Shown: in pieces, positions 26,001-33,952 of the stretch | Layout: each line of letters starts with the position of its first letter | How positions within the stretch are numbered: position 1 is the stretch's first letter | Assembly: GCA_045612565.1 (NCBI GenBank) | Contig: JAZKZG010000028.1 | Coordinates: forward strand, 714 to 64,713 | Length of the DNA: 64,000 nucleotides | Direction: 5' to 3' | From: Eubacteriales bacterium | GTDB taxonomy: Bacteria; Bacillota; Clostridia; Oscillospirales; QAKW01 | Notes under the pieces: model-generated | The model's database searches: none | What the model saw: the letters and a program-made list of their open reading frames with translations, nothing else | Told to the model about the DNA's origin: nothing | Translations under genes and position numbers: made by a program

Positions 26001-27800
26001 AAATACTGCTGTGTCCTCAAACACAAACTTTTTACCTGCAAAATCAAAGCCGTTCTCCATAAATGAATCGTTGAAATCAACAGGAGTTGCAGCAAGAATT
26101 TTTATCTGGTAAACAGTTTGATACTCTTTTTCTTCTTCATAATAAGCACGGAGATAGAAGGTTGCCGTTTTGTTCTCGGCAATTTTTGCGGTATCAACTG
26201 TTTCAATAATTTCAGCAAAATCTGATGTAGCCGAAAGTTCATATTTAACTGTGCCTGTTGCAGCTGAATCGGGATTTGTTTTGAATACGGGAGTCACAAC
26301 GCCCTGCTCACCAAGACATTTGATTGAGATTAAGTCTGCACCGATTTCAATCTCGGTATCAGGACCGAATTCAACTTCTGTAATCTTGATTTTGCTTGAA
26401 AATTTCATATTATAATCATATATATATGAACCTGAGCACTCTGATGTATAGCCTCCAACGGTAGTGAAGGGTTCACCTGCTTCTTCCTTGTATCCGTCAA
26501 CAGTTTCTTTAACTGTTCCAACTGTAAAGTTGTCTTCGATAAACATAGGGACAGGAGCAACAGGCATTTTATCAAGCACACTCTTTACACCAAGTAATTT
26601 GTTGCCTGTAATTCTATATGTGTTTTCATTAACGATACCCTGATCTACGTTACTGTACAAAATAAGCGGAACAGGTGACGATGAATTCTCGGTTGTTGCA
26701 ACTACAAAGTTGTTTGTGATGTGAACAGTTGACCACGAACCGTCGGTAATATAGATAAAGCCGCCTGCCTGGTTTGTGTTGTACAATGTGTTATTGTCAT
26801 AATAAAGTTCACGTGTTGTTGCATTACCCTCGTTTTTCTGACAAAGGTTCCAGTAAGGTGATGTGCCTGTTGCCTTACGGCGCATATTTGAGTTTTTGAA
26901 AGTCATTGATGAATTTGCAAAATAACCTTTCAAATGGTCATTAGCCTTTTTAAAGAGCAGGTTTGTATCTGAAAAGTCGATGTACAGACCGTCAAATACC
27001 ATATGCGGAAAATGACGTATGTTATCGCCAAAGAAACGCGATGCACCATCTGATGTACCACCGATTGATTTGAGCCAGAAGTTCTGGAAAGTCAAAACGT
27101 CTTTACAGTTAACATCTTTGTTGTTATAGCCTGTAAGAATGTTTGTGTTTGTTTCAACACCGTCCATTTTACAGTTTTTGATGAGGTACTCAATAAACGC
27201 AGCACCTGTTGAACGCTCTTTACCGAGTGTTATGTACTTTGTGATGGTAAAACCGTAAACACCAACCCATGTTGAAGGTGTACCTTTAACAATGATTGAA
27301 CCGATCTTTGTTTCGTTTGCGGTATAGGCTGTGTTCTCAGTCCAGTCTTCACCGTTCGACTTGATACCAACTTTATTCATATCACCCATTTCGTTCATAG
27401 GTAATGTGTTCCAGTTAGTGCTGTATACATTAGACTCTGCCTCAATTACAAGGTCAGTGCCTGCTGTCCAACCGGTGATGATGATGTCAGGACGTACGAT
27501 TGATTTTTCTTTTGCATAAGCATAAGCCTCTTCAAGTGACTTGAAAGCATTAGTGCCAACAACAAAAGTATAGTCGTTGCCATCCCATTTACGGGTAACG
27601 GTTTTGCCGTTATCCTCTGTGATTGTGGTGTCTACAAGCAGAGCAGTGTTTGCAATCTGCGGAACACCTTCAACGGTAACTGCACATTCGTATGCAGTTG
27701 CAAACGGTGCGGCCTCTGCCACTGCAAAAACAGTTAGCATTGAAACCAACATAAACACCGTAAGTACCATTGATAAAACGCGGTTTAATGTTTTATTCAT
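23025..27800 (-). CDS. giant cell-surface protein with signal peptide, two beta-helix-like modules, a Cys-rich repeat region and three C-terminal SLH domains (S-layer-type)
   Basis: Start at ATG (complement 27798-27800) after RBS AAAGGAG, giving MNKTLNRVLSMVLTVFMLVSMLTVFAVAEA. SLH repeats lie at 23028-23585 (FKDVKSAWYKEAVDYV..., FSDVAKGKYYAAAVKW..., FNDASSIAGYAKTAVAAC...). Five repeats of HxWGEWxYNNDATCxxxGxxTxxCxxCG type lie at 23586-24284. Confidence 0.85.
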   Translation of the reverse strand: MNKTLNRVLSMVLTVFMLVSMLTVFAVAEAAPFATAYECAVTVEGVPQIANTALLVDTTITEDNGKTVTRKWDGNDYTFVVGTNAFKSLEEAYAYAKEKSIVRPDIIITGWTAGTDLVIEAESNVYSTNWNTLPMNEMGDMNKVGIKSNGEDWTENTAYTANETKIGSIIVKGTPSTWVGVYGFTITKYITLGKERSTGAAFIEYLIKNCKMDGVETNTNILTGYNNKDVNCKDVLTFQNFWLKSIGGTSDGASRFFGDNIRHFPHMVFDGLYIDFSDTNLLFKKANDHLKGYFANSSMTFKNSNMRRKATGTSPYWNLCQKNEGNATTRELYYDNNTLYNTNQAGGFIYITDGSWSTVHITNNFVVATTENSSSPVPLILYSNVDQGIVNENTYRITGNKLLGVKSVLDKMPVAPVPMFIEDNFTVGTVKETVDGYKEEAGEPFTTVGGYTSECSGSYIYDYNMKFSSKIKITEVEFGPDTEIEIGADLISIKCLGEQGVVTPVFKTNPDSAATGTVKYELSATSDFAEIIETVDTAKIAENKTATFYLRAYYEEEKEYQTVYQIKILAATPVDFNDSFMENGFDFAGKKFVFEDTAVFVIESELEDDGNYYGYGFLGETYYRFKVDNLLVFDTMSMLRTQMTGVDMPNILLPSGEYGKYVFDYPANYYGTNAGINPVDKSQSTSESGDDWVYDSRWGMYADTSFETIYFADGLEGEIYLDGMTVRGQINDTLRTMGKDGIAYDNLDITVNNSVIYHIRKNKVEDERDAGLIKNEIGTSTVDRVINLINKRSVNSNNSQIEFIENQYMSIEYEDFNKNYADSFTLKNSCVKDMRNAVRLFNDFVPANLTIDGLYMDFASLGETADNTIGYFKTGAAVLDGSFTLINSNIRNGNANSDLTPVVIEGPRGSGEKYRLVAGENYDVTINNNIFCNAVSSASGTAKYYITLSSTMVSSLEVKGNKAFQTGANAKKKGFIEKNKSLKNDYYKEADLLIIGNCDVSDNWFVGFDKNDAEFDIGLETNNPKMKNTFVSDKDDAHTTTGLTGIYTEAFGNEKYYFDYAKTVSSEDVLPIEIKSTTDKVRDVVVEGFNVTARIFDGGTLADIEIIFADGEAKGYWATTKNSTKQLDPSTITLKSVGGVDKNKSYYYKYTYVFEGEEYPQVYTVKMTGASDCTEHKWPLSGTYNNDATCQQNGTQVLTCSNKGCNATTVVEKPKSMVDCQVDTYVSNNDATCSKVGTETGKCIWCGTESTKENSKLYPMNKTVHNWGEWVYNNDATCCKDGSETRTCADGCGASQTQVSAEHLKSTVAHTWGEYTYDGTATCEKNGTKTAMCTVDGCRATNTVADANFPSSDKYHVWGEYVYNKDATTTQDGTQTATCEICGKENKITAEGTKLPFTANDSSKTFKDVKSAWYKEAVDYVTTYGFVSGVTKTEFGVGKSVTRGMFVTILARMAGVKTDDAANKAAATKFSDVAKGKYYAAAVKWANDNAIVSGTSATTFEPNKNISRQDLCVMVVNFAKFMNITLTEKEAAVTFNDASSIAGYAKTAVAACQKADIINGHTTGAFGPRDTATREQASQILYTLHNSFMAK

Positions 27801-27852
27801 AAGTTTACACTCCTTTGTAAATTTTATGCTGAGCATATGAATAGACATATTT

Positions 27853-27881
27853 ATTATATTATTAATGTTTTTCAATGTCAA
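27853..27881 (-). promoter_or_regulatory. perfect-consensus sigma-A promoter of the SLH protein gene
   Basis: Reverse strand: TTGACA (27876-27881), a 17-nt spacer, TATAAT (27853-27858). Confidence 0.7.
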
Positions 27882-27909
27882 CCAAAATTGCAACTCAATA
27901 AAACCAATA

Positions 27910-28074
27910 TTTTTTTTGATATTTTTTTGAAAAATTTTTTTGTCTTTATGGGACATTTTTTTGTCATTATGAGTATCTATCTTTTTTGTTTTTTGTGAAT
28001 ATTTAACAAAGTTTTTTAAAAAATTTTTATATATACAACAACCAAACAAACACGAATTCACAATTTAATTTTTT
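27910..28074. other. AT-rich spacer with nine T5-T8 tracts (A-tracts on the - strand); UP-element/curved DNA candidate
   Basis: T-runs start at 27910, 27922, 27935, 27956, 27982, 27989, 28012, 28024 and 28069. Several spacings are about 12, 13, 21 and 23 bp. Confidence 0.5.
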
Positions 28075-28150
28075 GTTGACTGCTTTGCGTATATTCAATT
28101 GAAAAAAAGTATATAATTATTATCGAAATGTAACTTTTTTCAAAAAAGAC

Positions 28151-28179
28151 TTGATTTTAGAACAATTGTTTGTTACAAT
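28151..28179 (+). promoter_or_regulatory. sigma-A promoter candidate for the YabE-like gene
   Basis: TTGATT (28151-28156), a 17-nt spacer, TACAAT (28174-28179). Confidence 0.5.
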
Positions 28180-28243
28180 ATGTTCCGGTTTTGTAATCAA
28201 ATTGTAATTTTTTGAACACACAACCTGAAAAAAAGGAGATTTT

Positions 28244-29254
28244 ATGAGAGTATTAAACGATATAAAAAACATTCTGTGCTGCCGAGCAAGTCGCAAGTGC
28301 ATTGCGGTTGTAAGCGCTGCCCTCGTAATGATAATGCTTATGTCGGTAATGGTTATAAAGCGTAACGATATCCGTGTTTTTGTTGACGGAAACGAGGCCG
28401 CACACATCCAGACACTCGCAGATGATCCACAGATATGGCTCAAAAAAGCTGATGTTGAGGTTTTTGAGGGCGATTCATTTGAAACAGAAGGTCACAATAT
28501 TTTTATTGACCGCGCTGTTTACGTTACTGTTGAAGTTGACGGCGACAAAATTTCGTACAAAACCGCAAAAGGTACCGTTAAAGATGTTATTTTAGCAGGT
28601 GATATCGAACTCGGCGACGCTGATATTGTTACACCTTCGCGTTTTACTGAGGTTAACGGCAATATTTCAATTGTAATTGAGCGTGTCAGCACCGCAACAA
28701 TTACCGAAACAGAAATTATAAAACACGACACTGAGAAAGTAAAAGATTCTTCATTATATGAAGGTCAGACAAAAGTTAAAACAGAGGGTGTAAACGGAAA
28801 AACCGAACACACCTATAACGTAACCTACATTGATGGCAAAGAAGTTTCACGCGAACTCGTTTCAAGCAAGGTTGTAAGAGAAGCTGTAACAGAAGTTATT
28901 AGCGTGGGAACAAAAATCAAATCGTCATTCAAAGCATCGGCAAATGCACCCAAAAACTACAAAAAGGTGCTTACAATGAAAGCAAGTGCCTACACCTATG
29001 GCAACGACGGCGGAAACTACACCTGCCTCGGAAAGCCCACATCACGCGGAACAGTTGCGGTTGACCCGCGCGTAATACCACTTGGCACGAAACTTTATAT
29101 TGAATCAACCGACGGTAAATATATTTACGGTGAGGCTGTCGCAGGTGATACCGGCAGTGCAATCAAAGGTAACAAAATCGACCTGTTTGTTGAAAGCGCA
29201 AGAGAATGCCGCGCATTTGGCAGACGCAACGTTGTTGTATACATTTTAGACTGA
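28244..29254 (+). CDS. YabE/RpfB-like cell-wall protein (TM anchor, DUF348-like repeats, G5 domain, C-terminal 3D domain)
   Basis: 336 aa. The G5-like segment is YEGQTKVKTEGVNGKTEHTYNVTYIDGKEVSRELVSSKVV. The 3D-like end is GTVAVDPRVIPLGTKLYIE...AVAGDTGSAIKGNKIDLF. Confidence 0.8.
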   Translation: MRVLNDIKNILCCRASRKCIAVVSAALVMIMLMSVMVIKRNDIRVFVDGNEAAHIQTLADDPQIWLKKADVEVFEGDSFETEGHNIFIDRAVYVTVEVDGDKISYKTAKGTVKDVILAGDIELGDADIVTPSRFTEVNGNISIVIERVSTATITETEIIKHDTEKVKDSSLYEGQTKVKTEGVNGKTEHTYNVTYIDGKEVSRELVSSKVVREAVTEVISVGTKIKSSFKASANAPKNYKKVLTMKASAYTYGNDGGNYTCLGKPTSRGTVAVDPRVIPLGTKLYIESTDGKYIYGEAVAGDTGSAIKGNKIDLFVESARECRAFGRRNVVVYILD

Positions 29255-29272
29255 TTTTTTGCAAAACTTTTT

Positions 29273-29298
29273 AAAGGGCAGTAGTCTGCCCTTTTTTA
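29273..29298 (+). terminator. intrinsic terminator
   Basis: AAGGGCAG-tagt-CTGCCCTT followed by TTTTAT. Confidence 0.8.
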
Positions 29299-29355
29299 TT
29301 TTTATTGACACTTATTTTATCTGGTGATAAAATAAAATGTTGAGAGGAAACTGAT

Positions 29356-29967
29356 ATGAAACGTTGTGTTATTATCGGCGGCGGCGAAATTGGCTGTACG
29401 CAATTTTTAAAAGAACATATTTTATATGATGATTTTGTGATTTGCTGTGACGGGGGATACTTACACGCTTTTGCCGCAGGAATCACTCCAAATCTGATTT
29501 TAGGAGACTTTGACTCGTCCGATGTTCCCAATTGCGACATCGAAACCATCATATTGCCATGTGAAAAAGACGATACCGACAGTTTTTTTGCAGCAAAAGA
29601 AGGCTTAAAACGCGGTTTTGAACGGTTTTTGTTGCTTGGTGTCACAGGCGGTCGGCTCGACCACACTTTAGGCGCAATTTCAATACTTGAATTTTTGCAA
29701 AAAAACGGTGCCGAGGGCGAAATTTACGACCAAAACACAAAGATCCGTGTTTGTAACACCAGTCTTTCGGTTAAAAAAGGATGCAGATATTTTTCGGTGT
29801 TTGCAATCGGCAGTGCAGAAAGTGTTTGCATTTGCGGTGCAAAATATAATTTGGATAATGCTGTAATCAATTCCCACTATCAATACGGAATAAGCAACGA
29901 GGTCACAGACGAGTTTGCAACAATTTCTGTAGGACAGGGAAATGTTATTGTTATGGAGATATTTTAG
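29356..29967 (+). CDS. thiN: thiamine diphosphokinase
   Basis: 203 aa. IIGGGE...CCDGG...LILGDFDS...KDDTD...LLGVTGGRLDHTLGAI is the TPK pattern. Confidence 0.8.
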   Translation: MKRCVIIGGGEIGCTQFLKEHILYDDFVICCDGGYLHAFAAGITPNLILGDFDSSDVPNCDIETIILPCEKDDTDSFFAAKEGLKRGFERFLLLGVTGGRLDHTLGAISILEFLQKNGAEGEIYDQNTKIRVCNTSLSVKKGCRYFSVFAIGSAESVCICGAKYNLDNAVINSHYQYGISNEVTDEFATISVGQGNVIVMEIF

Positions 29968-31851
29968 ATGTATCATATTGAAGATTTTGATGTAGTTGTA
30001 ATAGGTGCAGGTCACGCAGGAATTGAGGCGGGACTTGCTTCGGCGCGTCTTGGCTGTAAAACTGCGGTGTTTACTATAAATCTTGATGCCGTGGGAAATA
30101 TGCCGTGCAATCCCTCGATTGGAGGCACTGCAAAAGGACATCTTGTGTGCGAAATTGACGCACTCGGCGGTGAGATGGGAAAAGCCGCCGACGCCACGTT
30201 TTTGCAAAGCAGAATGCTCAACCGCGGTAAAGGACCCGCAGTACATTCACTGCGCGTACAGTCTGACCGCAGAGAGTATCAGAAATATATGAAACATGCG
30301 CTTGAAATTCAGGATAATTTGAGCCTCGTTCAAGCGGAAATTGTTGATATTGAAGTTCAAAACGGTGTTGTAACAGGTGTTACAACACATCTCGGTGCAC
30401 ATTATGGTGCAAAAACCGTTGTTATTGCAAGTGGCACCTTTCTTGCTGGAGAGATTATCATCGGAACGTCGTCAATCCCGAGCGGTCCCGACGGTATGTT
30501 TGCCGCAACTCAACTTTCAGCAAAACTAAAAGACTTAGGTGTGCCGCTCAGACGTTTTAAAACCGGCACTCCTGCGCGTATTAATAAGCGTAGTATTGAT
30601 TTTTCGGGTCTTGAGGCACAGGCGGGTGACGACGAAATTGTTCCGTTTTCGTTTGAAAACGAGTACATAGGCGAAAATCAGGTGGTTTGCCACCTCACCC
30701 ACACCAACGAAAAAACACATCAGGTTATCCGCGACAATATCCACCTTTCACCGCTCTACAGCGGTATGATAAAGGGCGTCGGTCCTCGTTACTGCCCCAG
30801 TATCGAGGACAAGGTTATGCGCTTTGCCGACAAGACTTCGCACCAACTTTTTATTGAGCCGTGCGGTCTTGATACCGAGGAAATGTACCTTCAGGGACTT
30901 TCTTCTTCACTTCCCGAATTTGTTCAGCGTGAGTTTATAAAAACCATCAAAGGCCTTGAAAATGCACAGGTTATGCGTGTTGCATACGCAATTGAATATG
31001 ACTGTGTAGACCCGCTTGCGCTCTATCCCACACTTGAGTTTAAGGCAATCAGCGGACTTTACGGCGCAGGTCAGTTCAACGGTTCATCGGGCTATGAAGA
31101 AGCCGCCGCACAGGGTCTTGTTGCAGGTATAAATGCCGCTCATCGCGTTCTCGGACGCGAAAAATTTGTACTTGACCGCGCGTCGAGTTATATCGGAACA
31201 CTCATCGATGACCTTACCACAAAAGGCACTCCCGAACCATACCGTATGATGACTTCACGAAGCGAATACAGACTCATTTTGCGCCAAGACAACGCCGATT
31301 TGCGTCTGACTCCAAAAGGCTATGAAATCGGCCTTATTTCTGAGCAAAGATACAACAAGTTTTTAGACAAAAAGCGTCAAATAGAACAAGAAACCGAGCG
31401 TTTATGCCACGTTAATGCATCACCGAAAAACGATGAACTTACCAACAAACTCGTCGAACTTGGCACCGCAACACTAAAAAGCGGTTGCTCACTTTATGAC
31501 CTGCTATCGCGTCCGCAGGTGAGTTACCAAGACCTTGCGTGTGTTGATCCCGACCGCCCCGTGCTTTCAAAAGCGGTTATAAATCAGGTGGAAATTTCTA
31601 TTAAGTATAAAGGATACATCGAAAAACAACTTGCCGCGGCACGTGATTTTGCACGTCTTGAAAACAGACTATTACCTGACGATATAGATTATAATAAGGT
31701 AACAGGACTTCGCATAGAAGCACGTCAAAAACTGATTGCAATCCGCCCCGTAAGTCTAGGACAGGCAAGTCGTATTTCGGGCGTAAGCCCTGCTGACATC
31801 AGCGTTCTTATGATTTATCTTGAACAGGAGAAAAAGCGTAATGAAAACTGA
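29968..31851 (+). CDS. mnmG: tRNA uridine-5-carboxymethylaminomethyl synthesis enzyme MnmG (GidA)
   Basis: 627 aa. FDVVVIGAGHAGIEA...NPSIGGTAKGHLVCEIDALGG...GPRYCPSIEDK is canonical. Confidence 0.97.
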   Translation: MYHIEDFDVVVIGAGHAGIEAGLASARLGCKTAVFTINLDAVGNMPCNPSIGGTAKGHLVCEIDALGGEMGKAADATFLQSRMLNRGKGPAVHSLRVQSDRREYQKYMKHALEIQDNLSLVQAEIVDIEVQNGVVTGVTTHLGAHYGAKTVVIASGTFLAGEIIIGTSSIPSGPDGMFAATQLSAKLKDLGVPLRRFKTGTPARINKRSIDFSGLEAQAGDDEIVPFSFENEYIGENQVVCHLTHTNEKTHQVIRDNIHLSPLYSGMIKGVGPRYCPSIEDKVMRFADKTSHQLFIEPCGLDTEEMYLQGLSSSLPEFVQREFIKTIKGLENAQVMRVAYAIEYDCVDPLALYPTLEFKAISGLYGAGQFNGSSGYEEAAAQGLVAGINAAHRVLGREKFVLDRASSYIGTLIDDLTTKGTPEPYRMMTSRSEYRLILRQDNADLRLTPKGYEIGLISEQRYNKFLDKKRQIEQETERLCHVNASPKNDELTNKLVELGTATLKSGCSLYDLLSRPQVSYQDLACVDPDRPVLSKAVINQVEISIKYKGYIEKQLAAARDFARLENRLLPDDIDYNKVTGLRIEARQKLIAIRPVSLGQASRISGVSPADISVLMIYLEQEKKRNEN

Positions 31852-32560
31852 AATATCACAGCTTTTGCAACTACTTGACGAGCACAAAATCATGGCTGAC
31901 AGCGATTTTGAGCAAAATATATTAAAGTTTTCAGATATATTTCTCGAAACTGCAAAAACACTCAATCTTACCGCAATAAAAGAGCCTCACGAGGTTATGA
32001 TAAAGCATTATTTTGACAGCCTCTACCCGATGTCACTGAATCTTATAAAAAGCGACAGTAAAATAATCGATATCGGTTGTGGCGGAGGATTTCCGTCGAT
32101 GCCTCTCAAACTTTGTGACAAAACGCTTGAGTTTACACTGCTCGACTCACTTAAAAAACGCCTCACTTTCCTTGACGGAGTTATAAACGAATTATCACTT
32201 GACAAAATCTCCACTCTTCACGCAAGGGCAGAGGAGGCGGCGCGTAAAAAAGAGATGCGCGACAGTTATGACCTGGCAATCTCTCGTGCGGTGGCTTCGC
32301 TCCCGCTTTTGTGCGAGTTATGTTTACCGTTCGTTAAAGTCGGCGGCTATTTTCTGGCATATAAAGGCTCAGACCAGAGCGAAATAGATCAGGCAAAAAC
32401 ACACATCAAAGAACTTTCAGGCGAAATAGAAGACATAATCACATATAATCTGCCCGAAAATATGGGTGCACGTACTCTCGTTATTATAAAAAAGGTAAAG
32501 CCGACACATCCAATCTATCCGCGCACATCAAAGGCTTTGTCGAAAGCGTTCGCAAAATGA
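31841..32560 (+). CDS. rsmG: 16S rRNA (guanine527-N7)-methyltransferase RsmG (GidB)
   Basis: ATG 31841 follows RBS AGGAG and overlaps the mnmG stop. IIDIGCGGGFPSMPLK is the SAM motif. Confidence 0.9.
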   Translation: MKTEISQLLQLLDEHKIMADSDFEQNILKFSDIFLETAKTLNLTAIKEPHEVMIKHYFDSLYPMSLNLIKSDSKIIDIGCGGGFPSMPLKLCDKTLEFTLLDSLKKRLTFLDGVINELSLDKISTLHARAEEAARKKEMRDSYDLAISRAVASLPLLCELCLPFVKVGGYFLAYKGSDQSEIDQAKTHIKELSGEIEDIITYNLPENMGARTLVIIKKVKPTHPIYPRTSKALSKAFAK

Positions 32561-32622
32561 CGAACTGTTTTTATTGACAATATTTTCCAAATATGGTATC
32601 ATTTAGTCAAAGAAAGGGTTAA

Positions 32623-33417
32623 ATGATGCCATTTTTATTTACAAGACAACAAACGGGCATTGTTATGCTTGAAACAAATAAAATTAAACCGTCAAAATAC
32701 CAACCGCGGAAGACTTTTGCCAGACAGCCGCTTGACGAACTCTGTGAGTCGATAAAAGAGAACGGAATTTTGCAACCGCTCATCGTAACAGAGCAAGACG
32801 AAGAGTATATGCTGATAGCAGGGGAGAGGCGGTTACGTGCCGCAAAACTTGCGGGACTTAAAACCGTTCCTTGTATCGTAAGCGCATACAGCGACCAGAA
32901 ATGTGCTGAACTTGCTATAATCGAAAATGTTCAGCGCGAGGGACTCTCTTTTTTTGAAGAAGCGGAAAGTTATATGCGTCTTATTGAAGAGTTTGATATG
33001 ACGCAAGGGCAAATTGCAAAAAAGGTTTGTAAAAAGCAATCTACAATCTCAAATAAAATCAGACTTTTAAAACTGCCGCCCACAGCACGTGCAATCATAG
33101 TTGCCGCAGGGCTGAGTGAACGACACGCCCGTGAACTTTTGCGAATACAAAAAAAGGAAATGTTGTTTTTCGCACTTGATAAAATAGTTGAGAAAAAGCT
33201 GAATATCACACAGACAGAACAGTTTATTACATCACTTTTAACTCCTCCGCCCGAAAAACCGAGTCGTTCCTGTAAAATCGGTGACGTAAGGATTTTTATT
33301 AACACAATAAACAAGGCGGTTGACCTGATTAAACAGTCGGGTATCAAACCCACCACACAACTTTGTGAAAAGGATGGGTTTGTTGAATATATAATTAAAA
33401 TACCCAAATCATCCTAA
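32623..33417 (+). CDS. noc: ParB-family nucleoid occlusion protein Noc-like
   Basis: KPSKYQPRKTF...LQPLIV...IAGERRLRAAKLAGL is the ParB box. The Noc-like C-terminus is DVRIFINTINKAVDLIKQSGIKPTT...EYIIKIPK. The exact start is uncertain. Confidence 0.7.
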   Translation: MMPFLFTRQQTGIVMLETNKIKPSKYQPRKTFARQPLDELCESIKENGILQPLIVTEQDEEYMLIAGERRLRAAKLAGLKTVPCIVSAYSDQKCAELAIIENVQREGLSFFEEAESYMRLIEEFDMTQGQIAKKVCKKQSTISNKIRLLKLPPTARAIIVAAGLSERHARELLRIQKKEMLFFALDKIVEKKLNITQTEQFITSLLTPPPEKPSRSCKIGDVRIFINTINKAVDLIKQSGIKPTTQLCEKDGFVEYIIKIPKSS

Positions 33418-33418
33418 T

Positions 33419-33769
33419 CCCCTAAAAAGAAGAAGGAATCATCGAAAGGTGGTTCCTTCTTCTTTCATTTCTGCTCTTTCCCTTTGCGGGACGACGCGTT
33501 AAAAAAATATGCCTGTGGCATATTTTTAGCCAAAGTCGGTCGCAGATTATACTGCGACCTGGACCGCGGCAGCTCCTTTCGGTTCGCTTTTTCCGCCCCC
33601 GGCGGCGCTCACCAACGTCCCCCCTAAAAAGAAGAAGAGAATGCCGCAAGGTGTTCTCTTCTTCTTTTATTTCCACTCTTTCCCTTTGCGGGACGACGCG
33701 TTAAGAAAATATGCCTGTGGCATATTTTTAGCTAAAGTCGGTCGCAGGTTATACTGCGACCTGGACCGC
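33419..33769 (+). repeat. two tandem copies (period 202 bp) of a 149-bp three-hairpin element with a GC-rich 53-bp spacer
   Basis: Copy 1 is 33419-33567 and copy 2 is 33621-33769. H1 stems are 33426-33438/33453-33465 versus 33627-33641/33654-33668, with different stem sequence but preserved pairing. H2 is ATATGCC-tgt-GGCATAT plus T-runs on both strands. H3 is GGTCGCAG-N6-CTGCGACC. Confidence 0.85.
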
Positions 33770-33815
33770 CTCGTCCTACATTGTGACGTCAAACTTATTC
33801 CTAGTATTCTCCCAT

Positions 33816-33831
33816 TGTTTCACGTGAAACA
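33816..33831. promoter_or_regulatory. parS centromere-like site 1 (perfect palindrome TGTTTCACGTGAAACA)
   Basis: Matches the Firmicute parS consensus TGTTNCACGTGAAACA at 16/16 positions. Confidence 0.9.
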
Positions 33832-33853
33832 TTGTTTTGGGACGTTTTTTGAA

Positions 33854-33869
33854 TGTTTCACGTGAAACA
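33854..33869. promoter_or_regulatory. parS centromere-like site 2 (identical 16-mer)
   Basis: Same 16-mer, 38 bp centre-to-centre from site 1 and about 85 bp upstream of parA. Confidence 0.9.
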
Positions 33870-33952
33870 TTATAATTTTACAATAAAAGTCTTTATTTTT
33901 TTAAATATATATGATACAATATCAAAGCCTAATATGAATTTGGAGAGTAATA

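Noticed and set aside
27801-28061. 87-codon N-terminal extension of the giant ORF (the track starts it at 28061).
   Set aside because: The extension is a Lys/Asn/Ile-rich translation of the AT-rich promoter/T-tract region. A strong RBS (AAAGGAG), ATG 27800 and a canonical signal peptide define the real start.
27994-28220. DnaA-box-like 9-mers in the 27.8-28.2 kb spacer: ATATTCACA (reverse strand of 27994-28002), GAATTCACA (28054-28062), TTATCGAAA (28120-28128) and TTGAACACA (28212-28220).
   Set aside because: These are 7/9 matches, or 8/9 with N at position 5. My rough estimate gives about 4 such hits by chance in 443 bp of AT-rich DNA on two strands, so they are not evidence for an origin by themselves.
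33422-33865. Track ORFs 33422-33676 (-) and 33641-33865 (+) in the noc-parA spacer.
   Set aside because: They are K/R/P-rich read-throughs of the tandem hairpin repeats and the parS sites. They have no RBS and no coding-like composition.
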